The notes: generated by a model from the sequence alone, not told the origin. Counted from the stretch's first letter, positions 50,542 through 60,828 are shown. The stretch: 64,000 bases of DNA from Candidatus Moraniibacteriota bacterium (GCA_963778555.1 CAVZUR010000002.1:37817-101816); one strand, 5' to 3'. Numbers and translations: made by a program.

Positions 50542-52197
50542 ATGCTGCGAATGATAGTGCGTCTTTGGCAATGGAGCGAGCGCCCAATCGAGACACTCGG
50601 GGGCGCTGCTTTTATCATTGCCCTCGCCGGCGTCGTAAGTCGGATTCTCGGTTTCATCCGTGATCGCCTGCTCGCTTCATCCTTTGGGGCAGGTGATATT
50701 CTCGATGCCTACTACGCTGCTTTCCGGTTGCCTGATCTCGTCTACGGTTTTCTCGTTCTCGGCGCCCTATCGGCGGCGTTCATCCCAGTCTTTACGGAGT
50801 TTGTCGCGCGTGATGAGCGGGAAAAAGCCTGGCGTCTCACACAAGGGGCGTTGCAGTGGCTCGTGGTCATTTTAGGCGGCGCGGCGCTCTTGGGCATCCT
50901 CTTCGCTGGTCCGATCGCGACCTGGATCGCTCCTGGGTTCTCACCGGAAAAGCAGTCGCTGGTGGCTCTCTTCACACGGATTATGCTCGTGTCACCGATC
51001 TTTCTTGCCGTGTCAGCTGTCATCGGCGGCGTCCTGGTTTCATTCAAGCAGTTTCTGGCGTACTCCTTCGCGCCGGTCTTCTACAATCTGGGTATCATCA
51101 TCGGCATTCTCTTCCTCTACCCAACGCTTGGGCCGGCGGGTCTGGCGGCAGGCGTCGTGCTCGGATCATTGTTTCATGCCTGGGTTCAATTCCCGGCTTT
51201 TCGCCGGGCCGGATATCGCTTTTCTCTCCTTTCGTTCTCGCGAAGCGCGCGTGATCCTGCACTTCGGAAAGTCGCCCGCCTCATGATTCCGCGGTCGCTC
51301 GCCATGGCGGTCAATCAGATCAGCCTTATCATCGTGACGGTTTTCTCCTCGACACTCGTTTCCGGGAGTCTGGCCGCTTTCACGCTTGCAATCAATATCC
51401 AAAGCGTTCCGCTCGGATTGTTCGGGATCGCTTTTTCACTCGCGGCCTTTCCGATACTCGCGACGCTCGTAGCCAAACATGAGGATGCGGAATTTTTTGC
51501 CGTGTTCGCGCGGACCGCACGGCGCATCCTCTATTTCGTGCTCCCGCTCTCGCTCTTCTTCATCATCTTTCGGGCAGAAATTGTCCGCGTCATTCTCGGC
51601 ACTGGAGCGTTCAACTGGGAAGATACCATCCTGACCTTCACCGTACTCGGATGGCTCTCCCTTTCTCTCTTCGCCCAAAGCCTCATCCCGCTGTTCGTCC
51701 GCGCCTTCTTCGCGCTCCAGGATACCAAGACGCCGCTCTTTGCCGCACTGTTCTCGGAAATCGTCCATCTTTCACTCATCCCGATACTGTTGCCGCGCTT
51801 CGCGGTGGCAGGCATCGCAATTGCGTTCTCAGTCGGTGCGGTAGTGAACATCCTCATCCTGTACGCCACGTTGCGGCGACGGGTTGCCGTCTGGAAGGAT
51901 TGGGAGATCCTCTCAGGCATCGGCCGGATTATCGGTATCACACTGATTGCCGGAATCATTGCGCAGTTTTCGAAAAGTATCTTTGTGTTGACCATAGACC
52001 GGCTCGACACGTTTCTCGAGGTGGCGATGAAACTCGGAGTGGGCGCAGTGATCGGCGTAGCGGCGTACATCCTACTTTCGTCCCTGTTCGGATTGCCCGA
52101 GTATCTTCAGGTAAAGCGATTCATCTGGTGTCGGCTGCTCCGGCAACCTGAGACCGTCGTATTGGCTGAGGATCATCCTGAGAAAGGAGACTGGTGA
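50542..52197 (+). CDS. murJ: lipid II flippase MurJ (MviN)
   Basis: 551 aa, 14 TM, MOP-superfamily N-terminus 'SRILGFIRDRLLASSFGAGDILDAYYAAFRLPD'. Confidence 0.85.
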   Translation: MLRMIVRLWQWSERPIETLGGAAFIIALAGVVSRILGFIRDRLLASSFGAGDILDAYYAAFRLPDLVYGFLVLGALSAAFIPVFTEFVARDEREKAWRLTQGALQWLVVILGGAALLGILFAGPIATWIAPGFSPEKQSLVALFTRIMLVSPIFLAVSAVIGGVLVSFKQFLAYSFAPVFYNLGIIIGILFLYPTLGPAGLAAGVVLGSLFHAWVQFPAFRRAGYRFSLLSFSRSARDPALRKVARLMIPRSLAMAVNQISLIIVTVFSSTLVSGSLAAFTLAINIQSVPLGLFGIAFSLAAFPILATLVAKHEDAEFFAVFARTARRILYFVLPLSLFFIIFRAEIVRVILGTGAFNWEDTILTFTVLGWLSLSLFAQSLIPLFVRAFFALQDTKTPLFAALFSEIVHLSLIPILLPRFAVAGIAIAFSVGAVVNILILYATLRRRVAVWKDWEILSGIGRIIGITLIAGIIAQFSKSIFVLTIDRLDTFLEVAMKLGVGAVIGVAAYILLSSLFGLPEYLQVKRFIWCRLLRQPETVVLAEDHPEKGDW

Positions 52198-52243
52198 ACA
52201 CCTGCAAGCGCCATTTATCCCGCTGTTAACGAGCGCACCCCGT

Positions 52244-54049
52244 ATGGATCAGACCCGCATCCGTAATTTCTGCATCATCGCGCATATTGATCATGGCAAA
52301 TCCACTCTGGCTGACCGGCTCCTGGAGCTGACCGCGACGATCGAGAAACGCAAGATGAAGGAACAACTCCTCGATCAGATGGACCTCGAACGGGAGCGCG
52401 GCATCACGATTAAGCTTCAGCCGGTGCAGATGCGGTACCGCTATCAGGGGAACGAGTATCATCTCAACCTGATCGATACCCCGGGCCATGTGGATTTCCA
52501 CTATGAGGTCTCGCGCTCTCTGGCAGCGGTGGAGGGCGCGATTCTTCTCGTCGACGCGACCAAGGGAGTGCAGGCCCAAACTTTGGCCAATCTCTACCTT
52601 GCGATTGAGCAGGGACTGGAGATTATTCCTGTCGTGAACAAGATTGACCTGCCCAATGCCGAGGTCGAAAAAGCGAAGAAAGAGATCATTCATCTCCTCG
52701 GCTGTCCCGAATCGGATGTCCTCCTTGCTTCCGGGAAGACGGGTATGGGTGTGCAGGCAATTTTGGAGCGCGTCATTGAGCGCGTCCCCGCCCCGAAAGG
52801 GAGCGTTGACCAGCCGCTCCGCGCGCTCATTTTCGATTCTGTCTATGATACCTACAAAGGCGTTGTGGCATTCGTACGGGTTGTCGATGGGATGGTGCAA
52901 CGCGATGATGTGCTGCATCTCTTGGGCCGGGCGCATGACAGCGTGACGATTGAAGTGGGTCATTTCGCTCCCGCGCTGACGCCGCAGCCCATGCTGGTGG
53001 CAGGCGATATCGGATACATCGCCACGGGATTGAAAGCTGTAGCACACTGTCGGGTCGGCGATACCATCACGCTTCGACCTCGCGACCGGGAGGCACCGGC
53101 GGTCGAAGCGCTGCCTGGGTACCGCGAAATCAAGCCAGCGGTCTACGCCAGTCTCTATCCAACTGAAGGCGAGGATTATGCGTATATGCGTGACGCGTTG
53201 GATAAACTCAAACTGAATGATGCCGCGTTCACATTTGAGCCCGAAAGCAATTCTGCGCTCGGCCGCGGGTTCCGCTGCGGTTTTCTCGGCCTCCTGCACC
53301 TCGAGATCATCCAAGCCCGGCTGGAGCGTGAATTCGATCTGGTGCCGACCATCACGACGCCGGCAGTAGTCTATGAACTCCAACTCTACGGCCAAAAAGA
53401 GCGGTTGCCGCTCTATTCGCCCTCTGACATGCCGGATCCGGCGGGTATCGAAAAGATCTACGAGCCGTATGTCGCGCTCTCGATCATCACGCCGGGGGAG
53501 TATCTCGGCAACGTCATGCATCTCGCTCAATCCATTCGTTCTGAGTACAAGAATACGGAGTATATCGATGAAGGTCGAGTGATCATTTTGTTCGAGGCGC
53601 CCCTGATGGATGTTATCGTCAATTTCCATGACGATTTAAAGAGCGCTTCGTCGGGTTATGCCTCGATGAACTATGAGCCGATTGGATATCGCGAGAGCGA
53701 TGTGGTAAAGCTCGATATCCTCGTTGCGGGAGAAAAGATCGACGCATTTTCGCGCATGGTTCCGGCGCGCCTCGCCCATCTCGAGGGGAAGAAAACCGTT
53801 GAAAAATTGAAGACGGTCTTGTCGCGGCAGAGCTTCGCCGTTGCCCTCCAGGCGGCCATCGGCGCCAAAGTCATCGCACGCGAGACCATCTCCGCTTTCC
53901 GTAAGGACGTGACTGGCAAGCTCTACGGGGGCGATTTCAGCCGCAAAAAGAAACTGCTCGAGAAGCAGAAAGCCGGTAAGAAGCGCATGAAAGATACGGG
54001 CCGTGTCACTATCCCACCCAAAGCCTTCCTCGAGATATTGAAGCATTAG
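52244..54049 (+). CDS. lepA: translation elongation factor 4 (LepA)
   Basis: 'IRNFCIIAHIDHGKSTLADRLL', 'DTPGHVDF', and the LepA C-terminal domain. Confidence 0.95.
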   Translation: MDQTRIRNFCIIAHIDHGKSTLADRLLELTATIEKRKMKEQLLDQMDLERERGITIKLQPVQMRYRYQGNEYHLNLIDTPGHVDFHYEVSRSLAAVEGAILLVDATKGVQAQTLANLYLAIEQGLEIIPVVNKIDLPNAEVEKAKKEIIHLLGCPESDVLLASGKTGMGVQAILERVIERVPAPKGSVDQPLRALIFDSVYDTYKGVVAFVRVVDGMVQRDDVLHLLGRAHDSVTIEVGHFAPALTPQPMLVAGDIGYIATGLKAVAHCRVGDTITLRPRDREAPAVEALPGYREIKPAVYASLYPTEGEDYAYMRDALDKLKLNDAAFTFEPESNSALGRGFRCGFLGLLHLEIIQARLEREFDLVPTITTPAVVYELQLYGQKERLPLYSPSDMPDPAGIEKIYEPYVALSIITPGEYLGNVMHLAQSIRSEYKNTEYIDEGRVIILFEAPLMDVIVNFHDDLKSASSGYASMNYEPIGYRESDVVKLDILVAGEKIDAFSRMVPARLAHLEGKKTVEKLKTVLSRQSFAVALQAAIGAKVIARETISAFRKDVTGKLYGGDFSRKKKLLEKQKAGKKRMKDTGRVTIPPKAFLEILKH

Positions 54050-54142
54050 AGAAGAATATTTTGACAAAAGAGAGTGAGTCCATTAGGGTAGGAAGGCTTT
54101 CTTTGATAATTTCAAACCCATCAATCAACCCAGGAGGCCAAA

Positions 54143-54418
54143 ATGGATCATTATGACCAGTTTAGGCTGTACCGGGGATTGGTACAGCTTTTGCAACATG
54201 CTGAAGAAAGAACGCTTGAAGCCATCGGTCGCGAACTCATCGCGTACGGCCAAGCCATGGTCGCACAGGCTCAGGCTCCAATGGTGGAGCCGTTACAACT
54301 GCCAACGAATGGGACCACGATCTCAACCATAGAGGCCGAGCTCGAATTGCCAGCCGGGCCGAATGAGACGGCCCAACTGACCCCTCTGTCGGTTCCAGCA
54401 GCTGTTCCCGAGGCATGA
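54143..54418 (+). CDS. hypothetical small protein
   Basis: 91 aa, strong Shine-Dalgarno 'CCAGGAGGCCAAA-ATG', and terminator hairpin GGCATGAC/GTCATGCC plus a T-tract at 54412-54451. Confidence 0.45.
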   Translation: MDHYDQFRLYRGLVQLLQHAEERTLEAIGRELIAYGQAMVAQAQAPMVEPLQLPTNGTTISTIEAELELPAGPNETAQLTPLSVPAAVPEA

Positions 54419-54500
54419 CGATGAAAACTGTCATGCCTCTTTTGCTTTTTTACTCGCGAGAATCTAGAATGAAGGTACGTAAATCATTGAAGGCAATGCT

Positions 54501-54812
54501 ATGGCTTTGGAATTTACCAAGGAGAATTTTGAAACAGAAGTCTTGAAAAGCGAAAAGCCGGTGCTGGTCGATTTTTGGGCGCCCTGGTGCGGACCGTGCC
54601 AGATAATGGGACCGGTGATCGATGAGCTTTCGAGTGAGCTCACGAATGTGAAGATCGGCAAGCTGAATGCTGATGAACATCCGACAGTCGCCCAGGAGTA
54701 CGGCGTCATGTCCATCCCGACCATGAAAGTTTTCAAAGGCGGAGAGATCGTCAAAGAATTCGTCGGTGTTCAGGAGAAAGGCGCCCTCAAAGCAGTCCTC
54801 TCCGCCCTCTAG
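54501..54812 (+). CDS. trxA: thioredoxin
   Basis: 'WAPWCGPCQ'. Confidence 0.9.
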   Translation: MALEFTKENFETEVLKSEKPVLVDFWAPWCGPCQIMGPVIDELSSELTNVKIGKLNADEHPTVAQEYGVMSIPTMKVFKGGEIVKEFVGVQEKGALKAVLSAL

Positions 54813-54846
54813 GCCGGTTGGGTAAATAGCGGCAGCAAACATACAT

Positions 54847-55287
54847 ATGAAAATTCACAAGGAACGTATCGACTTGAAGAGTACGTCGCAGATACAGTTC
54901 ATCGACATCACGACGCAGGTGCAGGAGATCGTGAGTCGGTCAGGTATCCGCGAAGGGCAGGCGCTCATCTATGTGCCGCATACGACGATGGGCGTTGCTA
55001 TCAATCACAATGAAGCAATGCTGCTGCAGGATTTCATGCGCATCCTCTATAAAATGGTCCCGGTCGACGATCAATACTCGCACGATTTGTTTGAGTTACG
55101 GCGCGAGACGAAATCTGACGGCCGGTCTAACGGCCATTCACACTGCAAGGCCATATTGCTCGGGAACAGCGAGACCGTTCCGATTGAGAAGGGATTGCTC
55201 CTCCTGACAGAGCGACAAAATATTTTCGCCGTGGAATTCGACGGTGCTCGCGATCGAGACGTCGTCATCCAGGTGATCGGCTACTAA
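54847..55287 (+). CDS. YjbQ/UPF0047 family secondary thiamine-phosphate synthase-like protein
   Basis: 'ALIYVPHTTMGVAINHNE' and 'HSHCKAILLGNSETVPI' blocks, matching YjbQ. Confidence 0.7.
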   Translation: MKIHKERIDLKSTSQIQFIDITTQVQEIVSRSGIREGQALIYVPHTTMGVAINHNEAMLLQDFMRILYKMVPVDDQYSHDLFELRRETKSDGRSNGHSHCKAILLGNSETVPIEKGLLLLTERQNIFAVEFDGARDRDVVIQVIGY

Positions 55288-56334
55288 TTGCGTCTCCTCA
55301 TGCGTTTTGTCATTGGGATTTTCAAAACAGTCACGGTCGTGAGCGTAAGCCTCATTTTGGTGGGTTCGCTGGTTTTGTGGTATCTGCTCAGCCGGGTGGA
55401 TTCGGCGCGTGGTTCGGCGGTTGAAAACCAGCGTTTTATGGTCGGTCAGGGTGAAGGTGTCGTGTCGATTGCGGGACGGCTCGATGCAGCCGGTATCATC
55501 GACGGGCGACTTACCTTTGTTGTCTATGCTGCGAAAACAGGTCTGTATAAGAAATTTCAAGTTGGCGAGTACGGTCTTTCCGGTCGACTGGCGATACCCG
55601 AAATCGTCAATCGCTTCGTCGATGGGAAAGTGGTGCCGGCCGGTGTGCGAGTGACCTTTCCAGAGGGCTGGACCTTGCGCGAGATGGCTGAACGGCTCAC
55701 CGCTAATGGACTCGCGGGAGCTGAATTCCTGGCCATTGCTGAAAAACCATTTCCGAAGTGGCGCGAACGGTTTAATATTCTGAAGGATCTGCCAGAGGGC
55801 GCGAGCCTTGAGGGCTACCTTTTTCCTGACACCTATATTTTCCCGAAACAGGCGACTGGCGAACTCATCGTGAATGAGCTACTTGAAAATTTCAAGCAAA
55901 AAGCGGTTCCGATCATCACATCAGGACGGGAGGGATCGGCGCTGACCCTTCATGAGACGTTGACGCTCGCATCGATTATCGAAGAAGAGGGCCGGACCGA
56001 GGCCGACCGGAAGAACATCAGTGATGTATTCCGGAAACGCCTCGCAGTCGGTCAAGCGCTTCAGAGTGATGCAACCATCAATTATATCCATGGTACGGCG
56101 AAGGATCAGCCGACCTTTAAAGACCTCGAATCTTCTTCGCCGTACAACACCTATGCCCGACCGGGGTTACCGCCCGGACCGATTGGCAATCCGAGTCTCA
56201 TGTCGATCGAGGCAGCTTTGCATCCGACCAACAACGCCTATTTTTATTTTCTCATTGATCCCGAAACGCGGATCACGTACTTTGCCGAAGACTTCGAAGG
56301 GCATCAGCGGAATCGGGCCGCGCATGGTCTTTGA
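55288..56334 (+). CDS. mltG: endolytic murein transglycosylase MltG (YceG family)
   Basis: N-terminal TM and YceG blocks 'LQSDATINY' and 'NTYARPGLPPGPIGNP'. Confidence 0.85.
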   Translation: MRLLMRFVIGIFKTVTVVSVSLILVGSLVLWYLLSRVDSARGSAVENQRFMVGQGEGVVSIAGRLDAAGIIDGRLTFVVYAAKTGLYKKFQVGEYGLSGRLAIPEIVNRFVDGKVVPAGVRVTFPEGWTLREMAERLTANGLAGAEFLAIAEKPFPKWRERFNILKDLPEGASLEGYLFPDTYIFPKQATGELIVNELLENFKQKAVPIITSGREGSALTLHETLTLASIIEEEGRTEADRKNISDVFRKRLAVGQALQSDATINYIHGTAKDQPTFKDLESSSPYNTYARPGLPPGPIGNPSLMSIEAALHPTNNAYFYFLIDPETRITYFAEDFEGHQRNRAAHGL

Positions 56335-56340
56335 TCGAAT

Positions 56341-57310
56341 ATGTCCTCACACCGCCAAACGATCGCTCTCATCCTCCTCTTCGGTATCGCGGCACCGGCG
56401 TATTTCGGTTATTCAGCCGTGATGCAGGCGGTGCTGGTTGAAGAAGCGAGCGTGTTCATTGTTCCGCTCCTCTGGTTCGTCCTTACTCTGACCGTTTTTT
56501 CAACGGGTGCAGTCTTGTGGCAGGGGATAGCGGAACGGAGCATGGCGAGCGGACTTCTCATCCTGCCGAGCATGTTTTTTGCCCCTTCGCTCATGCATGG
56601 AGCCGTCATCTTGGTCGCAGCTCTCATCGTGTTCGGCGGACTGCTTCGTATCAGCCGCGAGCTTGCTTCGAGACTCCGTTTTTCAGTGTACCGCAGTGTC
56701 TTTGTAGGGCTGGCACAGATTATCTTTGCGCTCTCGCTGGTGATATCGAGCCAGTACTACGTTCATGTCGACACGCTTTCCTGGGACCGACTGGTGCCGA
56801 GTTTCGATTTGGGTGAAGGCACTGGCGCCTGGCTCTTGCGAACTATTGGTACGGTCTCGCCTTCGCTGGTGTCGCTTCAGGACCGCGAACTCTCGGTGGA
56901 CGGATTTCTCCGTGAAGTTCGGCCCGTTCAATCTAGCGACGAGTCACTCGGTCTCGAGAAGAGCGTCGTGGAAGCAGTGCGTCAAGCGGAAACCATGCGT
57001 TCAAAGACTGAGCTTTCACGGCTTCTGGGGCGCGAGGTGGGCGGGGATGAAAAAATGAATGAAATCCTCTCTGAGGTGCTGAGAAAAAAAGTGATTGCGT
57101 TCGTTTCTGGTGGAACGCCAACGGCCTCAGGAAATGTACCGTTCCTACCTTTCTTCCTTGCCATTCTCCTCTTTTTTTACCGTCTATCCGCTCGGCTCCA
57201 TCCTGGTACCCATCGTGCTGTCTTGCTCGACGGTCATATTGGCTGTTGGTATCCGCAGTGGGCTTATTGTTTTGAAGAAGATTCCGGCCGAGCGCGAGGT
57301 CATCGTGTAA
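56341..57310 (+). CDS. hypothetical polytopic membrane protein, frameshifted in a T7 homopolymer (57170-57176)
   Basis: ORF 56341..57339 turns Arg/Cys/Trp-rich after the T7 run. The +1 frame (ORF 57095..57310) continues TM-like: 'VYPLGSILVPIVLSCSTVILAVGIRSGLIVLKKIPAEREVIV*'. Confidence 0.55.
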
Positions 57311-57371
57311 GGATTGTTGAAGTCTGCCCACGGACGTAGCAAGGGGAGAGCTGGAAGTTGACAGGATACTT

Positions 57372-57398
57372 TTAGCACTCGATAATAGAGAGTGCTAA
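57372..57398 (+). promoter_or_regulatory. CIRCE element (HrcA operator) TTAGCACTC-N9-GAGTGCTAA overlapping a TTGACA-17-GATAAT promoter
   Basis: Exact match to the CIRCE consensus inverted repeat. It lies 9-35 nt upstream of the dnaJ start codon. The -35 TTGACA is at 57354-57359 and the -10 GATAAT at 57381-57386. Confidence 0.8.
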
Positions 57399-57406
57399 GA
57401 CTGATT

Positions 57407-58498
57407 ATGGCAAAAGACTACTATTCTATCCTTGGCGTCGCGAAATCGGCGAGTGCCGACGACATCAAAAAGGCCTACCGAAAGCTGGCGCATACTCACC
57501 ACCCCGATAAGCAGGGCGGAAACGAGGCGAAGTTCAAGGAGATTAATGAGGCCTATGGTGTTCTGGGGGACGCGGGTAAGCGACAACAGTATGACCGATT
57601 CGGCCAGACATCTTCCCAGGCAGGGGGGGCGTCGGGCGCGGGCTTCGGCGGTTTTGATTTTGGTGGTTTCTCGGCTCAAGGCGGTTCGGCAACGGATTTC
57701 AATTTCGGCGGAGCGAATATGGAGGATCTCTTTGCTGATCTTTTCACAGGCGGCGGTGGGCGTCGTCGGAGCAGTCGCGGTGCTGATATCCAAGTCGATG
57801 TGACGCTCAGTTTCGAAGAAATGGTGCATGGGGCCGCACGCACAGTCAGGCTCCGTAAACTGAGTGTCTGTTCAGTGTGCCATGGCAAAGGCGGGGCGCC
57901 GCAGGCCAAAGAAGAAACCTGCTCTGCCTGTCACGGCAAGGGTTCGACGATGAAGAATATCAACACGATACTCGGTACCTTTGCCCAGTCGGTCCCGTGT
58001 GCACGCTGTCAGGGAAAAGGGAAGACGTATAGCCAGGCGTGTAAACAGTGTCATGGGCACGGGCGAGCAGAGGAAGAGACAGCAAAGGAGGTGAACATTC
58101 CTCCCGGGATTGAAGATGGTCAGGCGCTGTCGGTGGCGGGGGAAGGTGTGGCAGGGGAATTCGGCGCGCCAGCCGGTGATCTCTATGTCCTCGTCCACGT
58201 TGAAGCGCATCCGGATTTCGTTCGGCACGGCGATGATATCGTAACTGAGGTCGCGCTCCGTTTCGACCAATTCGCCTTGGGCGATAAAGTCCCTGTGAAA
58301 ACGATAGAGGGCGAAGTGGACATGAAAGTCCCGGCAGGTACGCAGCCGGGCGAAGTGTTCCGTATCCGCGGAAAAGGCATACCGAAACTTGGTCGCTTCG
58401 GGCGTGGCGATCAGCTCGTGAAGACCTCGATCGTCATACCGCGCCATCTCTCCTCTGAGGCGAAACGTCAGATCGAAAGCCTCCGGGGCACGCTCTAG
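57407..58498 (+). CDS. dnaJ: molecular chaperone DnaJ
   Basis: J domain 'YYSILGV...HPDK', a G/F region, and four CxxCxGxG zinc motifs. Confidence 0.9.
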   Translation: MAKDYYSILGVAKSASADDIKKAYRKLAHTHHPDKQGGNEAKFKEINEAYGVLGDAGKRQQYDRFGQTSSQAGGASGAGFGGFDFGGFSAQGGSATDFNFGGANMEDLFADLFTGGGGRRRSSRGADIQVDVTLSFEEMVHGAARTVRLRKLSVCSVCHGKGGAPQAKEETCSACHGKGSTMKNINTILGTFAQSVPCARCQGKGKTYSQACKQCHGHGRAEEETAKEVNIPPGIEDGQALSVAGEGVAGEFGAPAGDLYVLVHVEAHPDFVRHGDDIVTEVALRFDQFALGDKVPVKTIEGEVDMKVPAGTQPGEVFRIRGKGIPKLGRFGRGDQLVKTSIVIPRHLSSEAKRQIESLRGTL

Positions 58499-58560
58499 AG
58501 CAGAATGCAAGCCATCGGTTTTTAGAGTACAATGAAGAGCAGATTGTATGAAATCACCCT

Positions 58561-59115
58561 ATGAATAATGAACAGATTCGGCTGCTTCTCATTGATGACG
58601 ATTCCGACACCCGGGACATCTACGGTCAGTACTTTCGAGACGCCGGATTCCAATTGGACGAAGCAGAAAATGGAGCTGAAGGATTGGAGCGGATTCAGGC
58701 GGCGAAGCCCGATATCATCATCAGCGGCATTATCATGCCAAAAATGGATGGCTTTGAGTTGGTGGAGCGATTGAAACAAGATCCTGAAACGGCTCAGATT
58801 CCAATAATCTTTCTCTCGCATCTCGGCCGGCAGGACGACCAACATCGATCGAAAGAGCTCGGCGTGGACGACTTTATCGTCCGCGACACGACGCCGATAA
58901 AGGAGATTGTCACGCGCATCAAGGTGCTGCTTTCAGCGCAAGAATATATCCTCGCGATCGAGCAGAACAGTTTCGATGCAAAGCGCTTCGCAGCCGATAT
59001 GGGATTGCCAGAAAATTTCGCGAGCTCGGATGGTGTGAATGGCCGCTATGTTCTCCGGCTTCGCTTGGTCGACGCTGCCCAGCGCCGTTTCGGCGGCGAG
59101 ATCATCAGTGCCTGA
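58561..59115 (+). CDS. response regulator receiver domain protein (orphan, CheY-like with ~60-aa non-HTH C-terminal tail)
   Basis: 'LLLIDDDSDTRD' and 'DIIISGIIMPKMDGFEL'. No cognate kinase is present in the window. Confidence 0.75.
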   Translation: MNNEQIRLLLIDDDSDTRDIYGQYFRDAGFQLDEAENGAEGLERIQAAKPDIIISGIIMPKMDGFELVERLKQDPETAQIPIIFLSHLGRQDDQHRSKELGVDDFIVRDTTPIKEIVTRIKVLLSAQEYILAIEQNSFDAKRFAADMGLPENFASSDGVNGRYVLRLRLVDAAQRRFGGEIISA

Positions 59116-59127
59116 AGTACACTATTC

Positions 59128-60828
59128 ATGGATCGCGTCTGGAAGGAAAAACCGGGATTTATCCGATATACGGCCCCACGCGGGCCGTCTTCTATCACTC
59201 AGGAATTGCTCCAACAGCGCGGAATCGCACCGGAAGCGACAGAGACATTCCTGTTTCCGGACTATGACCGCGATCTCCACGATCCCTTCCTTTTTCGCGA
59301 TATGGAGAAAGTTGTGACGCGGATCGATGCCGCCCGGCAGCACGGGGAGTGCATAGGTGTCTTTGGTGATTTTGATGCGGATGGCGTCACTGCATCAGTC
59401 ATCATGCGAGAAGCGCTCGAAGCGCTCGGGATTGATGTATTGGTCCACATCCCTCACAAGATTGATGAAGGTCATGGACTGAGCATCAAGGCTGTCGATC
59501 GTTTCAGGGAAGCGGGTGTACGAATTATTCTGACGCTCGACTGCGGCATGATGAATCATCGGGAGGTGGCGCTCGCCCGTGCTTCGGGTATGGAGACGAT
59601 CATCATCGACCATCACCATGTGCCCGAAGTCTTGCCGGAGGCGTTCGCGATCGTGAATCCGAAGCTGCCGGCCGATTCGTACCCATTCCGTGAATTATGT
59701 GGCGCCGGCACCACTTTCAAGGTTGCAACGGCCCTCTATCGGCGCCTCATTCCAGAGCGTGTCGACGAGCTGAAGTGGTTCTTGGATGTTGCCGCGATCG
59801 GAACGGTCGCAGATGTCATGCCGCTCATCGGCGAGAACCGCGTGCTGGTGAAGTATGGTCTGATTGTCCTCCAGAAAACCCGTCGTCCCGGTCTGCGCGA
59901 GATGTATGCCGTCGGGCGAATTCCGATCGATGATAGCCATATTCCTGACGCCCGCATGATTGCTTTCCAGATCGCGCCGCGTATCAATGCAGCCTCGCGG
60001 ATGGCGCATGCCGAGACGGCTCACGCGCTGCTCGTGACCGCTGACGTGGTGCAGGCCCGGCTGCTCGCCCTGGAATTGGAGAGCTATAATAGCGCGCGCC
60101 AAAAAGTGAGCCAGAAGGCAGCGGAAGCAGTCCATGAAGTCGCAGCTGATCATTTTTCGGATGAGAAATTCGTTATCGCGATCGGCCCGGAATATCCACT
60201 CGGTGTCGTAGGCCTGGTCGCCGGAAAAGTCGCGCGTGAGCTTGGCAAGCCGACCGGGGTGTTTCAGCGCGGAGCAGTGACCAGCACGGGGTCGTTTCGG
60301 AGCATCCCAGGCTTTAATGTGATTGAAGCATTGGAAACGTGTGCTGATCTTTTTGAGAAATTTGGCGGACACGATCAGGCTGCAGGACTGACCATCAAGA
60401 ATGAACGGATGCAAAATTTTCTCGAACGGTTTCGATTGATTGTGAACGAGCGCTTGCGGGGAGTCGAAACCGGACCCGAACTCCTCATTGACGCGGAGAT
60501 CCACCCCGATGATCTTTCCGGAGAATTAGTGCGCGTCATGGGCCAACTCGCGCCGTTTGGTGAGGGCAATCCAGAGCCCATCTTCCGTCTTTCCGGACTT
60601 GAAATTATGCATGCCCGGACAGTTGGTAAGGATGGCAAGCACTGGAAACTCAGCCTGCGCCCTGCGGCCGGGTCGGGGACGTTCGATGCGGTTGGCTGGT
60701 CTTTGACCGCGCCGTATCCGGATCTCGGACCAGGAGACGCGCTCTCCATCGTTTGTCAACTTGAGGAGAATTTCTGGAATGGACAGACGAAGCTTCAGTT
60801 GAAATTGCTTGATCTCCGTAAGCTGTAG
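59128..60828 (+). CDS. recJ: single-stranded-DNA-specific exonuclease RecJ
   Basis: DHH motifs 'VFGDFDADGVTA' and 'IIIDHHH', a DHHA1 domain and a C-terminal OB-like domain. Confidence 0.9.
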   Translation: MDRVWKEKPGFIRYTAPRGPSSITQELLQQRGIAPEATETFLFPDYDRDLHDPFLFRDMEKVVTRIDAARQHGECIGVFGDFDADGVTASVIMREALEALGIDVLVHIPHKIDEGHGLSIKAVDRFREAGVRIILTLDCGMMNHREVALARASGMETIIIDHHHVPEVLPEAFAIVNPKLPADSYPFRELCGAGTTFKVATALYRRLIPERVDELKWFLDVAAIGTVADVMPLIGENRVLVKYGLIVLQKTRRPGLREMYAVGRIPIDDSHIPDARMIAFQIAPRINAASRMAHAETAHALLVTADVVQARLLALELESYNSARQKVSQKAAEAVHEVAADHFSDEKFVIAIGPEYPLGVVGLVAGKVARELGKPTGVFQRGAVTSTGSFRSIPGFNVIEALETCADLFEKFGGHDQAAGLTIKNERMQNFLERFRLIVNERLRGVETGPELLIDAEIHPDDLSGELVRVMGQLAPFGEGNPEPIFRLSGLEIMHARTVGKDGKHWKLSLRPAAGSGTFDAVGWSLTAPYPDLGPGDALSIVCQLEENFWNGQTKLQLKLLDLRKL

